A DNA stretch of 64,000 nt from an uncultured Dehalococcoidia bacterium (GTDB taxonomy: Bacteria; Chloroflexota; Dehalococcoidia; Lucifugimonadales; CAJWER01): the NCBI GenBank assembly GCA_964342485.1, contig CAYFFO010000005.1, positions 23,549-87,548 on the forward strand. Reading direction: 5' to 3'. Below, in pieces: positions 9,450-18,268 of this stretch. Positions within the stretch are counted from its first letter, which is position 1, and every line of letters starts with the position of its first letter. The notes under the pieces are model-generated. The model was given only the letters and a program-made list of their open reading frames with translations. It was not told where the DNA came from and made no database searches. The position numbers were made by a program, and so were the translations under genes.

Positions 9450-9947
9450 ATGAATAATTTAAGTTTGTCACCGTCCATTGTTATAAACCAACTTCATAAA
9501 AATGAAGTTACACACGTTGTTTGGTTACCTGACAGTGAAACGAATTTCATGTATGAAAATATGGTAGGAGACGATTCTTTAGATATTGTCCCGATTTGCA
9601 GAGAAGGGGAAGGATTGCCTATTGCATTAGGACTTTGGATTGGTGGAAAGAAGCCTGTAGTAATGATACAGAATACAGGTCTGTTTGAGTCTGGAGATTC
9701 AATTAGAGGATTAGGTATAGATTTGGACATCCCAATGGTTATGATGATTGGATACAGAGGATGGACGAGGCACGGAGAAATTACTGATTCTGCAGCTATT
9801 TATACTGAGCCGATTCTTTGTGCTTGGGGGATAAAACATTATCTGATTGAAAGTGACAAAGATGCCGATAAGATAACAGATGCTTTTAGCGAAGCGTATG
9901 ATAAGAATACTTTAGTTGCGTGTTTAATGGGATCAGAATATTCTTGA
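9450..9947 (+). CDS. TPP-enzyme N-terminal domain protein, sulfopyruvate/phosphonopyruvate decarboxylase alpha-subunit-like
   Basis: 165 aa covering only the Pyr-domain part: VTHVVWLPDSETN, CREGEGLPIALGLWIGGKKPVVMIQNTG. No beta subunit ORF is adjacent. Confidence 0.55.
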   Translation: MNNLSLSPSIVINQLHKNEVTHVVWLPDSETNFMYENMVGDDSLDIVPICREGEGLPIALGLWIGGKKPVVMIQNTGLFESGDSIRGLGIDLDIPMVMMIGYRGWTRHGEITDSAAIYTEPILCAWGIKHYLIESDKDADKITDAFSEAYDKNTLVACLMGSEYS

Positions 9948-9988
9948 TTGAATTCTATCGTTAACATGTCTTGTTGTTATAAATTTTC

Positions 9989-10447
9989 TTATATCAAATC
10001 TCTATTAGATTCTAATTCGGAAACTTTATTAAGCCTCCTAATGTGACGTTCTTTTCCAGAGAATTTGGCTTTTATGAAATTCGAAGCTAATTCTAATGCA
10101 AGATTTTTTTCAACTACAAGGGCGCCTATACATAATACATTCATATCATCATGCTCTACTCCTTGATGCGCTGAGTAAATGTCATGACATATGCTGGCGC
10201 GTATCCCAACTATTTTATTAGCTGCAATACTCGCACCAACTCCACTACCACATACTAATATTCCTCTATCGGATTCTTGAGAAGATACTTGTTTTCCTAC
10301 AGCTTTTGCAAAATCAGGGTAATCGTCATCGGGATCTAAAGTATGGGCACCTACATCTACTATGCTATGACCCATAGATTCTATTTTTTCATAAAGGTAG
10401 TTTTTCAAGTCATATCCAGCGTGATCAGCTCCTATTGCAATACGCAT
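9989..10447 (-). CDS. rpiB: ribose-5-phosphate isomerase B (RpiB/LacAB family)
   Basis: MRIAIGADHAGYDLKNYL and GILVCGSGVGASIAANK. Size 152 aa. Confidence 0.85.
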   Translation of the reverse strand: MRIAIGADHAGYDLKNYLYEKIESMGHSIVDVGAHTLDPDDDYPDFAKAVGKQVSSQESDRGILVCGSGVGASIAANKIVGIRASICHDIYSAHQGVEHDDMNVLCIGALVVEKNLALELASNFIKAKFSGKERHIRRLNKVSELESNRDLI

Positions 10448-10650
10448 AATAAACCTACCTATGTTTGTTTTAGTAACTGCAGTGTAAAATTGGATAGGGT
10501 ACTCGTCAACTTATGGGGCAATTTTAGAAGGTAAAATAATAGATAGTTTGTTTCAGATAATGTAACAGGTGGGTTATTTGTAATTGTATTCACGTTTTAA
10601 ATTTTAGAAGCTATTTTTAAAGATTTCAAACTTTTGATCAGGTTATTGTT

Positions 10651-11391
10651 ATGACTTTACCAGGCTACCAAGTTGATAGTAGAGTTTGGATGAACAGGGC
10701 TCAGCTTGAATATGAGTTGATTAAGATTAAAGAATCTCCATTGTACCAACAAACCATTTATTTTACTCCAGATTCTTACTTATCAAGTCTGGGTGATACT
10801 AGAGCGATAACTATGGTGAATCAGGTCCCCAATTTTAGAACTGGGGTCGCGCTATTTTATGGGTGCGAATCAGGTCTTGCAATACTGCCACCGTTTCCTA
10901 TTAGATCCAATCAGGAGTGTGATTTTGTATACATAGACCCACTGTTGAGTATTGTGAGAGATACCATGACTGTTGGAGTGATTTTGCTTCGGCTAGGGAT
11001 GTATGCTGTGGGCGTTATAAAAGGCGCTGAATTGCTAGTGTCTAAAACAGGTACGAGATATGTAAAGAATAGACACAGGAAAGGTGGTTCATCACAAAGA
11101 CGGTTTGAACGGAATAGGGAAAGATGGATTAAAGATCTTTTTGAGAAAGTATGTTCAGTAACTGAAGACGTCTTTAGACCTCATAATTCTGAGATTGATT
11201 ATTTTGTCATGGGAGGAGAAAAACATACTTTATCTGGTTTCTTGGAGCAGTGTAATTATATAAACCAGACTGGTATACAAATACTTGGGCGACGAGTAGA
11301 TGTGAAAAAACCAGATAGGAATAGTTTGAATGGGGTACATAAGGAAATTTTAAAAACCTTAGTCATAAAATTTGTAAAAACAGAAACATAA
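10651..11391 (+). CDS. VLRF1-type (Vms1/ANKZF1-like, eRF1-fold) domain protein, acVLRF1-like
   Basis: VGVILLRLGMYAVGVIKGAELLVSKTGTRYVKNRHRKGGSSQRRFER is collinear with the Vms1/ANKZF1 core (hhhhh.GGHFA.G...., K.F.RYT.R.K.GG.Q). The GGSSQ codons are at 11083-11097. Confidence 0.6.
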   Translation: MTLPGYQVDSRVWMNRAQLEYELIKIKESPLYQQTIYFTPDSYLSSLGDTRAITMVNQVPNFRTGVALFYGCESGLAILPPFPIRSNQECDFVYIDPLLSIVRDTMTVGVILLRLGMYAVGVIKGAELLVSKTGTRYVKNRHRKGGSSQRRFERNRERWIKDLFEKVCSVTEDVFRPHNSEIDYFVMGGEKHTLSGFLEQCNYINQTGIQILGRRVDVKKPDRNSLNGVHKEILKTLVIKFVKTET

Positions 11392-11434
11392 TTTGCTTTT
11401 ATAATATGTGCCAAGGGAATAAATAATACTAATC

Positions 11435-12205
11435 TTATTGTGCAGTATAACCACCATCAATAGCTAAAGAAGTTCCCGTGACGTATGACGACTCATCGGA
11501 TGCAAGATAGAGAGCAGCACATGCCACCTCTTCAGCTTTCCCTAGCCTACCTATAGGATGTAGATTTTCTAACTGACTCTTGATTTTTGGATCTTCTATT
11601 AAAGACTTAGTTAGATCTGTTTCTATAAATCCAGGACATAGACAATTAACACGGATATTGTATTTGGCAAAATCAATTGCCATGTTCTTGGTTAATTGAA
11701 TTATTCCTCCTTTTGAAGGTGGATATGGATTATTCCCTCCTCCTATACCCATCGGATAACCTACTATTCCCATGATCGACGCTAAATTAACTATTGAACC
11801 TCCACCAGATGCTTTCATTTTTTCAACAGCGTGAGTAGAGACCAAATATGTACCTTTTAAGTTTACTTCTATTACACGGTCCCATATTTCATCTTGATTA
11901 GCTGAATTTGAAAAAGCGTTTCGAGAAGTTATCCCAGCACTATTTACGACTATATCTATTTTGCCTAAGTCTTTAATAGATTGATTTATTAATTCATTAG
12001 TAAATTTACTGCTTGAAATATCTCCAGCTAAACTGGTCGTTTTAATTCTATAATCTTTTAAATTATTGAGGGTTGATTGAAGACGAGTTGTTGATATGTC
12101 AGAGATGGCAAGATTAGATCCATTTTCAGCAAAAAGTATCGCTGTCGATAGTCCAATGCCTGATCCTGCACCGGTTATAAGAGAGACTTTATTCTTTAAT
12201 CTCAT
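11435..12205 (-). CDS. short-chain dehydrogenase/reductase (FabG-like)
   Basis: ITGAGSGIGLSTA (TGxxxGxG), NSAG, YPPSK (YxxxK). Size 256 aa. Confidence 0.85.
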   Translation of the reverse strand: MRLKNKVSLITGAGSGIGLSTAILFAENGSNLAISDISTTRLQSTLNNLKDYRIKTTSLAGDISSSKFTNELINQSIKDLGKIDIVVNSAGITSRNAFSNSANQDEIWDRVIEVNLKGTYLVSTHAVEKMKASGGGSIVNLASIMGIVGYPMGIGGGNNPYPPSKGGIIQLTKNMAIDFAKYNIRVNCLCPGFIETDLTKSLIEDPKIKSQLENLHPIGRLGKAEEVACAALYLASDESSYVTGTSLAIDGGYTAQ

Positions 12206-12225
12206 GTTTTAGTGGATGCTAAAAT

Positions 12226-12699
12226 TTATGTGAATTCTGGTAGTTTAACAATCATACATGAACTGTCTATTTTGATTTCTAGTACAAATTCTGATGTAGC
12301 GGGGATTAGGAGTTCAGATTTTTTACTATCGCTTACAACATAAACATCATTACTGCCTGTTTCTAATATGTCAGTTATTTTGCCAATATGATCACCGGTT
12401 TCAGTCAATACTTGGAGTCCAATTATTTGATAGTGGTAATAGGATCCTGAGGGAGGCAGGGGGATTTGATCTGGAGTCACAGTAATGAATAAACCTTTCA
12501 GAGATTCGGCTGTGTCACGATCATTTGCTATATCTAGCTTCACAAGTAGGTTAGTTTTCAATTTCTTGATCGTTTGTATTGTAGCTATATGATGCCCAAC
12601 TGATATTTTTTCACCTTTGATAAACCGGTTTGGATTATCTGTGTATGGGGATAATCTAATCGCACCGGATAACCCATGTGCTCCGATGATACGTCCCAC
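12226..12699 (-). CDS. rimM: 16S rRNA processing protein RimM
   Basis: GRIIGAHGLSGAIRL N-terminus and a PRC-barrel-like C-terminus, located after rpsP and the KH gene. The GTG start is uncertain because upstream in-frame sense codons have no canonical start. Confidence 0.8.
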   Translation of the reverse strand: MGRIIGAHGLSGAIRLSPYTDNPNRFIKGEKISVGHHIATIQTIKKLKTNLLVKLDIANDRDTAESLKGLFITVTPDQIPLPPSGSYYHYQIIGLQVLTETGDHIGKITDILETGSNDVYVVSDSKKSELLIPATSEFVLEIKIDSSCMIVKLPEFT

Positions 12700-12769
12700 T
12701 AAGATTTTTCGAGGATTTAATTGCGAATGCTTTGGAGTTTTTGAGGAATTCAGAGTTTTTGCAGGTTTT

Positions 12770-13000
12770 TCAGACTATTTCTAAGTTTGCACGAACACCT
12801 TCTTTTACAGCTGCGACTCTGATCAGTGTTCGTATCGATTCGGCTACTCTTCCCTGTCTACCTATAACTTTGCCTTTGTCATCGGGTGAAACTTTAAGTT
12901 GCAGAAGAACTCGACCTTCTTCATCTGTTTCAGTCACCTTGACTTCATCTGGATGTGAAGCTATTGACTTTACAATATACTCTACCAAATCTTTCATCAT
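12770..13000 (-). CDS. KH-domain RNA-binding protein (YlqC/UPF0109 type)
   Basis: MMKDLVEYIVKSIASHPDEVKV...GKVIGRQGRVAESIRTLI (KH GxxG). I placed the start at ATG 12998-13000, which overlaps the rpsP stop in an ATGA arrangement. The ORF-track start at 13081 would lie inside rpsP. Confidence 0.75.
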   Translation of the reverse strand: MMKDLVEYIVKSIASHPDEVKVTETDEEGRVLLQLKVSPDDKGKVIGRQGRVAESIRTLIRVAAVKEGVRANLEIV

Positions 13001-13251
13001 CAAGAGGTTTTCTCCTCTGTCGCTGTAGTACTCAATATTCGCGAAACTGATTCGCTTGCGGTTGCTCCATTCTTTATCCAATAATTCGCTCTGTCTTCAT
13101 CAACCTTTATAGTTTCAGGTTCAGTTCTTGGATTGTAATGTCCTATTTGTTCAATAAAACTTCCATCCCTAGCTGCCCTTGAGTCCGCTACTACTATTCT
13201 GTAGGAAGGCTGTTTCCTAGCTCCAACTCTTCTTAATCTAATTCGTAACAT
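13000..13251 (-). CDS. rpsP: 30S ribosomal protein S16
   Basis: MLRIRLRRVGARKQPSYRIVVADSRAARDGSFIEQIGHYNP. Confidence 0.9.
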   Translation of the reverse strand: MLRIRLRRVGARKQPSYRIVVADSRAARDGSFIEQIGHYNPRTEPETIKVDEDRANYWIKNGATASESVSRILSTTATEEKTS

Positions 13252-13519
13252 TCATACTCCCAAAATTAGTCTATATTATAATAAGATTTTATGTTGAACT
13301 AGCACCTGTGTCAACGAGAAAAAGGTAAAAGATTGTTTTAAATACTTGATTGGACACAGGCACCTACTGTGCTCTTACGTGATATACTCACAATGTAAAT
13401 TCCCCTATCTTGAATGATATTTCTGTATCACCGTTAGATAAATAGGGAACTTTGACCGTTAATTTCGTTTAGACAAGTTTTGTAGAGTGATTTATTTACG
13501 ATGAAAGGTGTAAGTAAAA

Positions 13520-14125
13520 ATGAAGCTAGTGTTTTTGGATGATGTACCTGGTGTAGCGCATGGTGGAGATGTAAAGAATGTAAAAAATGGTTTTGCTAGG
13601 AATTATTTAATACCTAAAAATTTAGCAATACCTGCTACTAGAGACGCACTTGAAAGGATCGAAAGGTTAAAGGACCAAGCTACTACTAAAAGACTAAAAA
13701 CTCTTACAGATATGAAGGAACTTGCTGCTCAAATGAGTGGTACTCGTGTAGATATTGGGATGCGATCTGGGGCGAGTGGTCGGCTTTATGGATCAGTTAC
13801 TAATACCGTTATAGCTGAGAAATTAGAATCACTTACCAGTCAACAGGTTGACCGTAGAGTAATTCAAATTCCAGAATCTATTAGGGAGACGGGATTATAT
13901 CAAGTCAGCATTAGAGTGCATCCGGAGGTTACAACTGATGTAAGTTTATTGGTTTATCCCATCAATATGACTCCGGACGAATATTTGGCTGAATTGGAGT
14001 CTAAAGAATCTGAAGATGACCAAGATGCATCGGATGATGGTCCAGTCACAACATCTGATGTTGAGGAATCTGCAGATGAAATTACTCCTGAGGTTTTGGA
14101 AGACGGTGAAAAGGAAACGGATTAA
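13520..14125 (+). CDS. rplI: 50S ribosomal protein L9 with about 50-aa acidic C-terminal extension
   Basis: MKLVFLDDVPGVAHGGDVKNVKNGFARNYLIPKNLA. The tail is ESKESEDDQDASDDGPVTTSDVEESADEITPEVLEDGEKETD. Confidence 0.9.
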   Translation: MKLVFLDDVPGVAHGGDVKNVKNGFARNYLIPKNLAIPATRDALERIERLKDQATTKRLKTLTDMKELAAQMSGTRVDIGMRSGASGRLYGSVTNTVIAEKLESLTSQQVDRRVIQIPESIRETGLYQVSIRVHPEVTTDVSLLVYPINMTPDEYLAELESKESEDDQDASDDGPVTTSDVEESADEITPEVLEDGEKETD

Positions 14126-14365
14126 CCTAATAATTACTGAATGTAACTTGATAATTAGTTAAGAATATAAGGCTACCTTTTTCCAGATTAGTATTACATG
14201 AAAATCATCTTTGTCATATAAAGATTTATCAAGATTTTTTGTATTCATTGATTATAGTTATAGATGTTAGATTTATTGGCCACTATTAATGTATTGATTG
14301 GGTAGTAAAAAGAATCAGAGAGTCGATTATCTGTTGAATGTTTTATAGCTTAAAGAGGGACTCAC

Positions 14366-15730
14366 TTGTATGCAGATCGGTTACTTCCACATGATCCAGA
14401 TGCTGAAGAGGCAGTTATAGGATCAATTCTGGTAGATCCAGAATCAATAAGCAAGGTTACTCACTTTCTTAAGGGTACTGACTTTTATGTCGCTAGGAAC
14501 AGATGGTGTTTTGACGCATGTATAGCTTTGTTCGAGAGGGACGAGGCGATAAACCAAGTTTCTATTGCTCATGAGCTATCGACTATAGGACACTTAGAGG
14601 ATGTAGGAGGCACCGCCTATTTGGCTCATGCTGTTCAGGCAACGCCTACTTCTGTTCATCTTGAACATTATGGAAGGATTGTTCAAAGAACATCTGTTAT
14701 GCGCCAATTGATTTCTGCTGCCGGTGATATATCTTCAATAGGATACGACGGGGACTCCGATGTCGAAAGAGCTCTGGATCAGGCAGAAGAAATACTTTTT
14801 CGTGTTAGATCGGGTAGAGGAACACGAGACTTTATGCATATCCGGGATATTCTCGATGTGTATATGGAAGATACAGCTGCTCTGGAAAGTGACGAAGGTA
14901 GGAGTTTAGCCCCAATACCTACCGGATTTGCTAAGCTAGACGAACTTTTAGGTAATGGGTTGCAAAGATCAGATATGGTTGTAGTAGCTGCTAGACCAAG
15001 TTTAGGGAAGAGTACGTTGGCTTTCAATATTGCAAGGCATGCAGCTCAACAAGGATCGAGTGTAGGGATTTTTAGTCTTGAGATGAGTGCTGAACAGATA
15101 GCCATAAGACTTCTTTCAGGTGAAGCAAACGTAGATAGTCATAGACTTAGGATCGGCCTACTGAGTGATCAAGAGGAGAATCGAGTTTTTGATTCGATAG
15201 GATTACTTTCTGAATTACAAATATATATTGATGATACTCCGATCCAGGGTATTGTGGAAATGCGAGGTAAAACTAGGCGTCTTCAAGCAGAACGTGGTCT
15301 CGATTTATTGATCGTTGACTATTTACAATTAATGTCATCTAGTGGGAGAAGTTCGGATAATCGTGTACAGGAAATGGGTGAATTTTCTAGGTCATTAAAG
15401 GGTATAGCCAGAGATCTTGACGTACCTGTAATAGCCTGTTCTCAGCTTAGTAGAGCACCTGAGCAACGTCCTTCACATCGACCTATTCTTTCAGATTTAA
15501 GAGAAAGTGGAAGTATTGAACAGGATGCAGACGTGGTTGCATTTATATATCGCGAAGATGTATATACAAATCGAGAGGATTGGGAACGTGGTCATCCCAT
15601 GGACCCGTATCCTGAAAATGTAGCGGAACTTATAGTTGCAAAGCACCGTAATGGCCCTACGGGTACTGTCCCACTATATTTTAGAAAGGATGTAGTTCGG
15701 TTTGAAAATCTTGATCAATCAGTTACTTAG
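14366..15730 (+). CDS. dnaB: replicative DNA helicase DnaB
   Basis: LPHDPDAEEAVIGSIL, Walker A ARPSLGKST, Walker B LLIVDYLQLM, SQLSR and IVAKHRNGPTG. TTG start. No intein (454 aa). Confidence 0.9.
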   Translation: MYADRLLPHDPDAEEAVIGSILVDPESISKVTHFLKGTDFYVARNRWCFDACIALFERDEAINQVSIAHELSTIGHLEDVGGTAYLAHAVQATPTSVHLEHYGRIVQRTSVMRQLISAAGDISSIGYDGDSDVERALDQAEEILFRVRSGRGTRDFMHIRDILDVYMEDTAALESDEGRSLAPIPTGFAKLDELLGNGLQRSDMVVVAARPSLGKSTLAFNIARHAAQQGSSVGIFSLEMSAEQIAIRLLSGEANVDSHRLRIGLLSDQEENRVFDSIGLLSELQIYIDDTPIQGIVEMRGKTRRLQAERGLDLLIVDYLQLMSSSGRSSDNRVQEMGEFSRSLKGIARDLDVPVIACSQLSRAPEQRPSHRPILSDLRESGSIEQDADVVAFIYREDVYTNREDWERGHPMDPYPENVAELIVAKHRNGPTGTVPLYFRKDVVRFENLDQSVT

Positions 15731-15745
15731 AAGGATAAAGGAATA

Positions 15746-16420
15746 ATGGGTTTCTCTGGATTTCCATCTAAGGTTAAGTTTACGCCTGTGCCTAATCAAG
15801 TATTCAATCAAATTTTGGAGCCAATCCAGGATTTATCGGAATTGAAGTGTACACTCCGTATAATTTGGTTATTACATCTAAAAAAAGATTACCCAAAGTA
15901 TATTTCACACGCTGAATTGCTCGCAGATGGGGTACTTGCAAGGGGGCTATCTGACGGTATAAGCGTAGATCAGTCTATAGTAGAAAAAGCGATAGACTTG
16001 GTTGTAAAAAGGGGTACTATTATCAAGCTTAGTAAAGGAAAAGCTGATTCTACTACAACTATTTATTTCTTAAATACAGAGACTCATCGGAAACAAATTG
16101 AACAATTTAATCTTGATGAAATCGATACGAATGATCCAGCACCTTTCTCTGGTCCTATGAAGAAACCTAACATATATACTCTGTATGAGGACAACATAGG
16201 AATGCTCAATCCGATGATAGCCGAGGAACTTAAAGAAGCTGAATCACGATTTCCACAACAATGGATCGAAGATGCCGTACGTGAGTCAGTTAAAGGCAAC
16301 AAAAGAAACTGGCGATATATATTTAGCATACTTGAACGATGGGAAAGTGAAGGAAGAGACGATGGAAGATTTAGGCGAGATACTAAAACGGTTGGCTATA
16401 AAGAATTCTTCCGTAGATAG
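15746..16420 (+). CDS. DnaD-domain (replication initiation / helicase-loading organiser) protein
   Basis: The C-terminal KGNKRNWRYIFSILERWESEG matches the DnaD/DnaB_2 signature (Y...I...W). It lies immediately after dnaB. Confidence 0.55.
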   Translation: MGFSGFPSKVKFTPVPNQVFNQILEPIQDLSELKCTLRIIWLLHLKKDYPKYISHAELLADGVLARGLSDGISVDQSIVEKAIDLVVKRGTIIKLSKGKADSTTTIYFLNTETHRKQIEQFNLDEIDTNDPAPFSGPMKKPNIYTLYEDNIGMLNPMIAEELKEAESRFPQQWIEDAVRESVKGNKRNWRYIFSILERWESEGRDDGRFRRDTKTVGYKEFFRR

Positions 16421-17741
16421 ACCTTTTACAGGTACACCAGAGGATAATGGTGATATCGAACAATGTAAAAGTTGTGGTGGCCGTGGTTGGTTAGTAAAAG
16501 AAGTCCCAGTAGGACATCCTGAATTTGGACAGGTAGACGCTTGTGGATGTCAAAAACAAGACATGGAACAAGACCAATATTCCCGATTACTCACCTACAG
16601 TAATTTGGGCAGTCTAGCAAAGTTTACCTTTACAAGCATTGAATCGATAGGAGATCAAACTTCAGATAATGATGAATCTTTTCAAAGCGCTTTAGAAGTT
16701 GCTAGGGAGTATAGTGCAGATGTGTCTGGATGGTTGGTATTGATTGGTCCAAATGGATCAGGAAAAACTAGATTAGCCGCATCTATTGCCAATTCTTGTC
16801 TTGATGACGGGCAAGTTGTGTTTTTTGCTCATGTTCCTGATTTATTGGATCACCTCAGGGCGTCATTCGATCCAGCTAGTGAAATGGGATACAGCGTATT
16901 CTTTGAGCAGGTTAAAACCGCTCCTGTACTTATTTTGGATGGGCTAGGTAATCATAGTACAACTTCATGGGCAGAAGAAAAACTAGGACAAATCATAAAT
17001 CATAGATATAACGCAGAACTGCCTACTGTGATAACTACAGCGACATTGTTAGAGTCTCTAGATCCGTATATTTCTTCTAGGATTAGATCCACAGGTTTGA
17101 GTAGAATTGTTGAACTACATTCTAATGAAGAAAAATCATCAATCCAGCTTGGTAGCATAGATCATGGAATGGTGAGGCGTATGACATTGGAGAATTTTAA
17201 TATAGAAGGTAATGCGTCGAGCTTGAAAGAACAGGAAAGTCTTGGGGCAGCATTTCGCGCAGCGGAAGCTTTCGCGAATGATCCTGATGGATGGCTCATA
17301 CTTTCAGGGCAAACCGGTGTGGGTAAGACGCATCTTGCAGTAGCTATTGCAGGTACACAGATTTCAAATAATCGTCAGGTTCTATTCGCTTTCGTGCCTG
17401 AATTGATGGATTATCTTAGAGATACCTTTAATCCTAGAAGTCAAGTAAGTTATGACAATTTGTTTGAAGAAGTTAAAAATACTCCGATCTTGATCCTAGA
17501 TGATTTAGGTAAGGAACAGCGTAGTGACTGGGCTGTAGAAAAACTATATCAAATCATTGTACACAGGCATAACGTACAGCTTCCGACAGTGATTACAAGT
17601 ATGATGGATTTCAGTGATGAGCTTGATCCAATAACTTCTCGAGTGCAAGATCCATCTATTTCAGTACTAATACGGATAGAAGCCCATGATTATAGAAATA
17701 AGCAACGCAGACGAGGTAGGAGTAGATCAAAATCCAAATAA
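16362..17741 (+). CDS. tandem-duplicated DnaC/DnaI/IstB-like AAA+ protein with N-terminal zinc ribbon
   Basis: I placed the start at ATG 16362, behind GAAGGAAG, rather than the ORF-track start 16272. CKSCGGRGW...DACGC sits at about 16464-16550. Module 1 has WLVLIGPNGSGKTRLA...VLILDGLG...LPTVITT. Module 2 has WLILSGQTGVGKTHLA...ILILDDLG...LPTVITS. The C-terminal tail is basic. Confidence 0.7.
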   Translation: MEDLGEILKRLAIKNSSVDRPFTGTPEDNGDIEQCKSCGGRGWLVKEVPVGHPEFGQVDACGCQKQDMEQDQYSRLLTYSNLGSLAKFTFTSIESIGDQTSDNDESFQSALEVAREYSADVSGWLVLIGPNGSGKTRLAASIANSCLDDGQVVFFAHVPDLLDHLRASFDPASEMGYSVFFEQVKTAPVLILDGLGNHSTTSWAEEKLGQIINHRYNAELPTVITTATLLESLDPYISSRIRSTGLSRIVELHSNEEKSSIQLGSIDHGMVRRMTLENFNIEGNASSLKEQESLGAAFRAAEAFANDPDGWLILSGQTGVGKTHLAVAIAGTQISNNRQVLFAFVPELMDYLRDTFNPRSQVSYDNLFEEVKNTPILILDDLGKEQRSDWAVEKLYQIIVHRHNVQLPTVITSMMDFSDELDPITSRVQDPSISVLIRIEAHDYRNKQRRRGRSRSKSK

Positions 17742-17763
17742 TGGTAGTTTTGATAAACCACTA

Positions 17764-18132
17764 ATGAGCTTTGTAGTGAATTCTAAAATATGCACTTTTT
17801 GTAACATTATTGAAGGAAAACTTCCAGGCCGTATCAGGTTTCAGAGTAAAGATATTGTTGTTTTTGACAACCATTTGGACTGGGTACCTTTAATGTTATT
17901 AGTAAGTCCTGTTAGACACATGACTCAGGCAGAAATGTGGATGGATAACAATTTAATGGGTCAAGTAGCTTTAATCGCAGCAAAAATGGGTCAGGAATAT
18001 GCTCCAGAAGGATTTCGACTTTTGTCTAATTTTGGTGGACATGCTTTGCAAACTCAAGATCATGCACATTTACATATTTTGGGTGGCGAAAATCTGGGGT
18101 TCTATTTAGAATCTAAAAAACTTATTCAGTAA
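17764..18132 (+). CDS. HIT-family (histidine triad) nucleotide hydrolase
   Basis: CTFCNIIEGKLP and the histidine triad HAHLHILGG. Start moved to ATG 17764, after the stop of the upstream gene at 17741. Confidence 0.8.
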   Translation: MSFVVNSKICTFCNIIEGKLPGRIRFQSKDIVVFDNHLDWVPLMLLVSPVRHMTQAEMWMDNNLMGQVALIAAKMGQEYAPEGFRLLSNFGGHALQTQDHAHLHILGGENLGFYLESKKLIQ

Positions 18133-18268
18133 TTGTTTGTCTGGGTTATGGATATTGTAATAACATATGGTTTTATTAATTTCTACTAAAGTAAATGGTT
18201 AAATATTTACTGTCCGATACCTATTTAATTTTGGGACTGAACTATATGTCAGTTAAGGAGTTATTAGA

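Noticed and set aside
13305-13360. Inverted repeat CCTGTGTC...GACACAGG (8 bp, 40-nt spacer) with a flanking GCACCT direct repeat in the rpsP/rplI divergent region.
   Set aside because: It is too short and too widely spaced to distinguish from chance without comparative data. It may be 5'-UTR structure, but I cannot support that.
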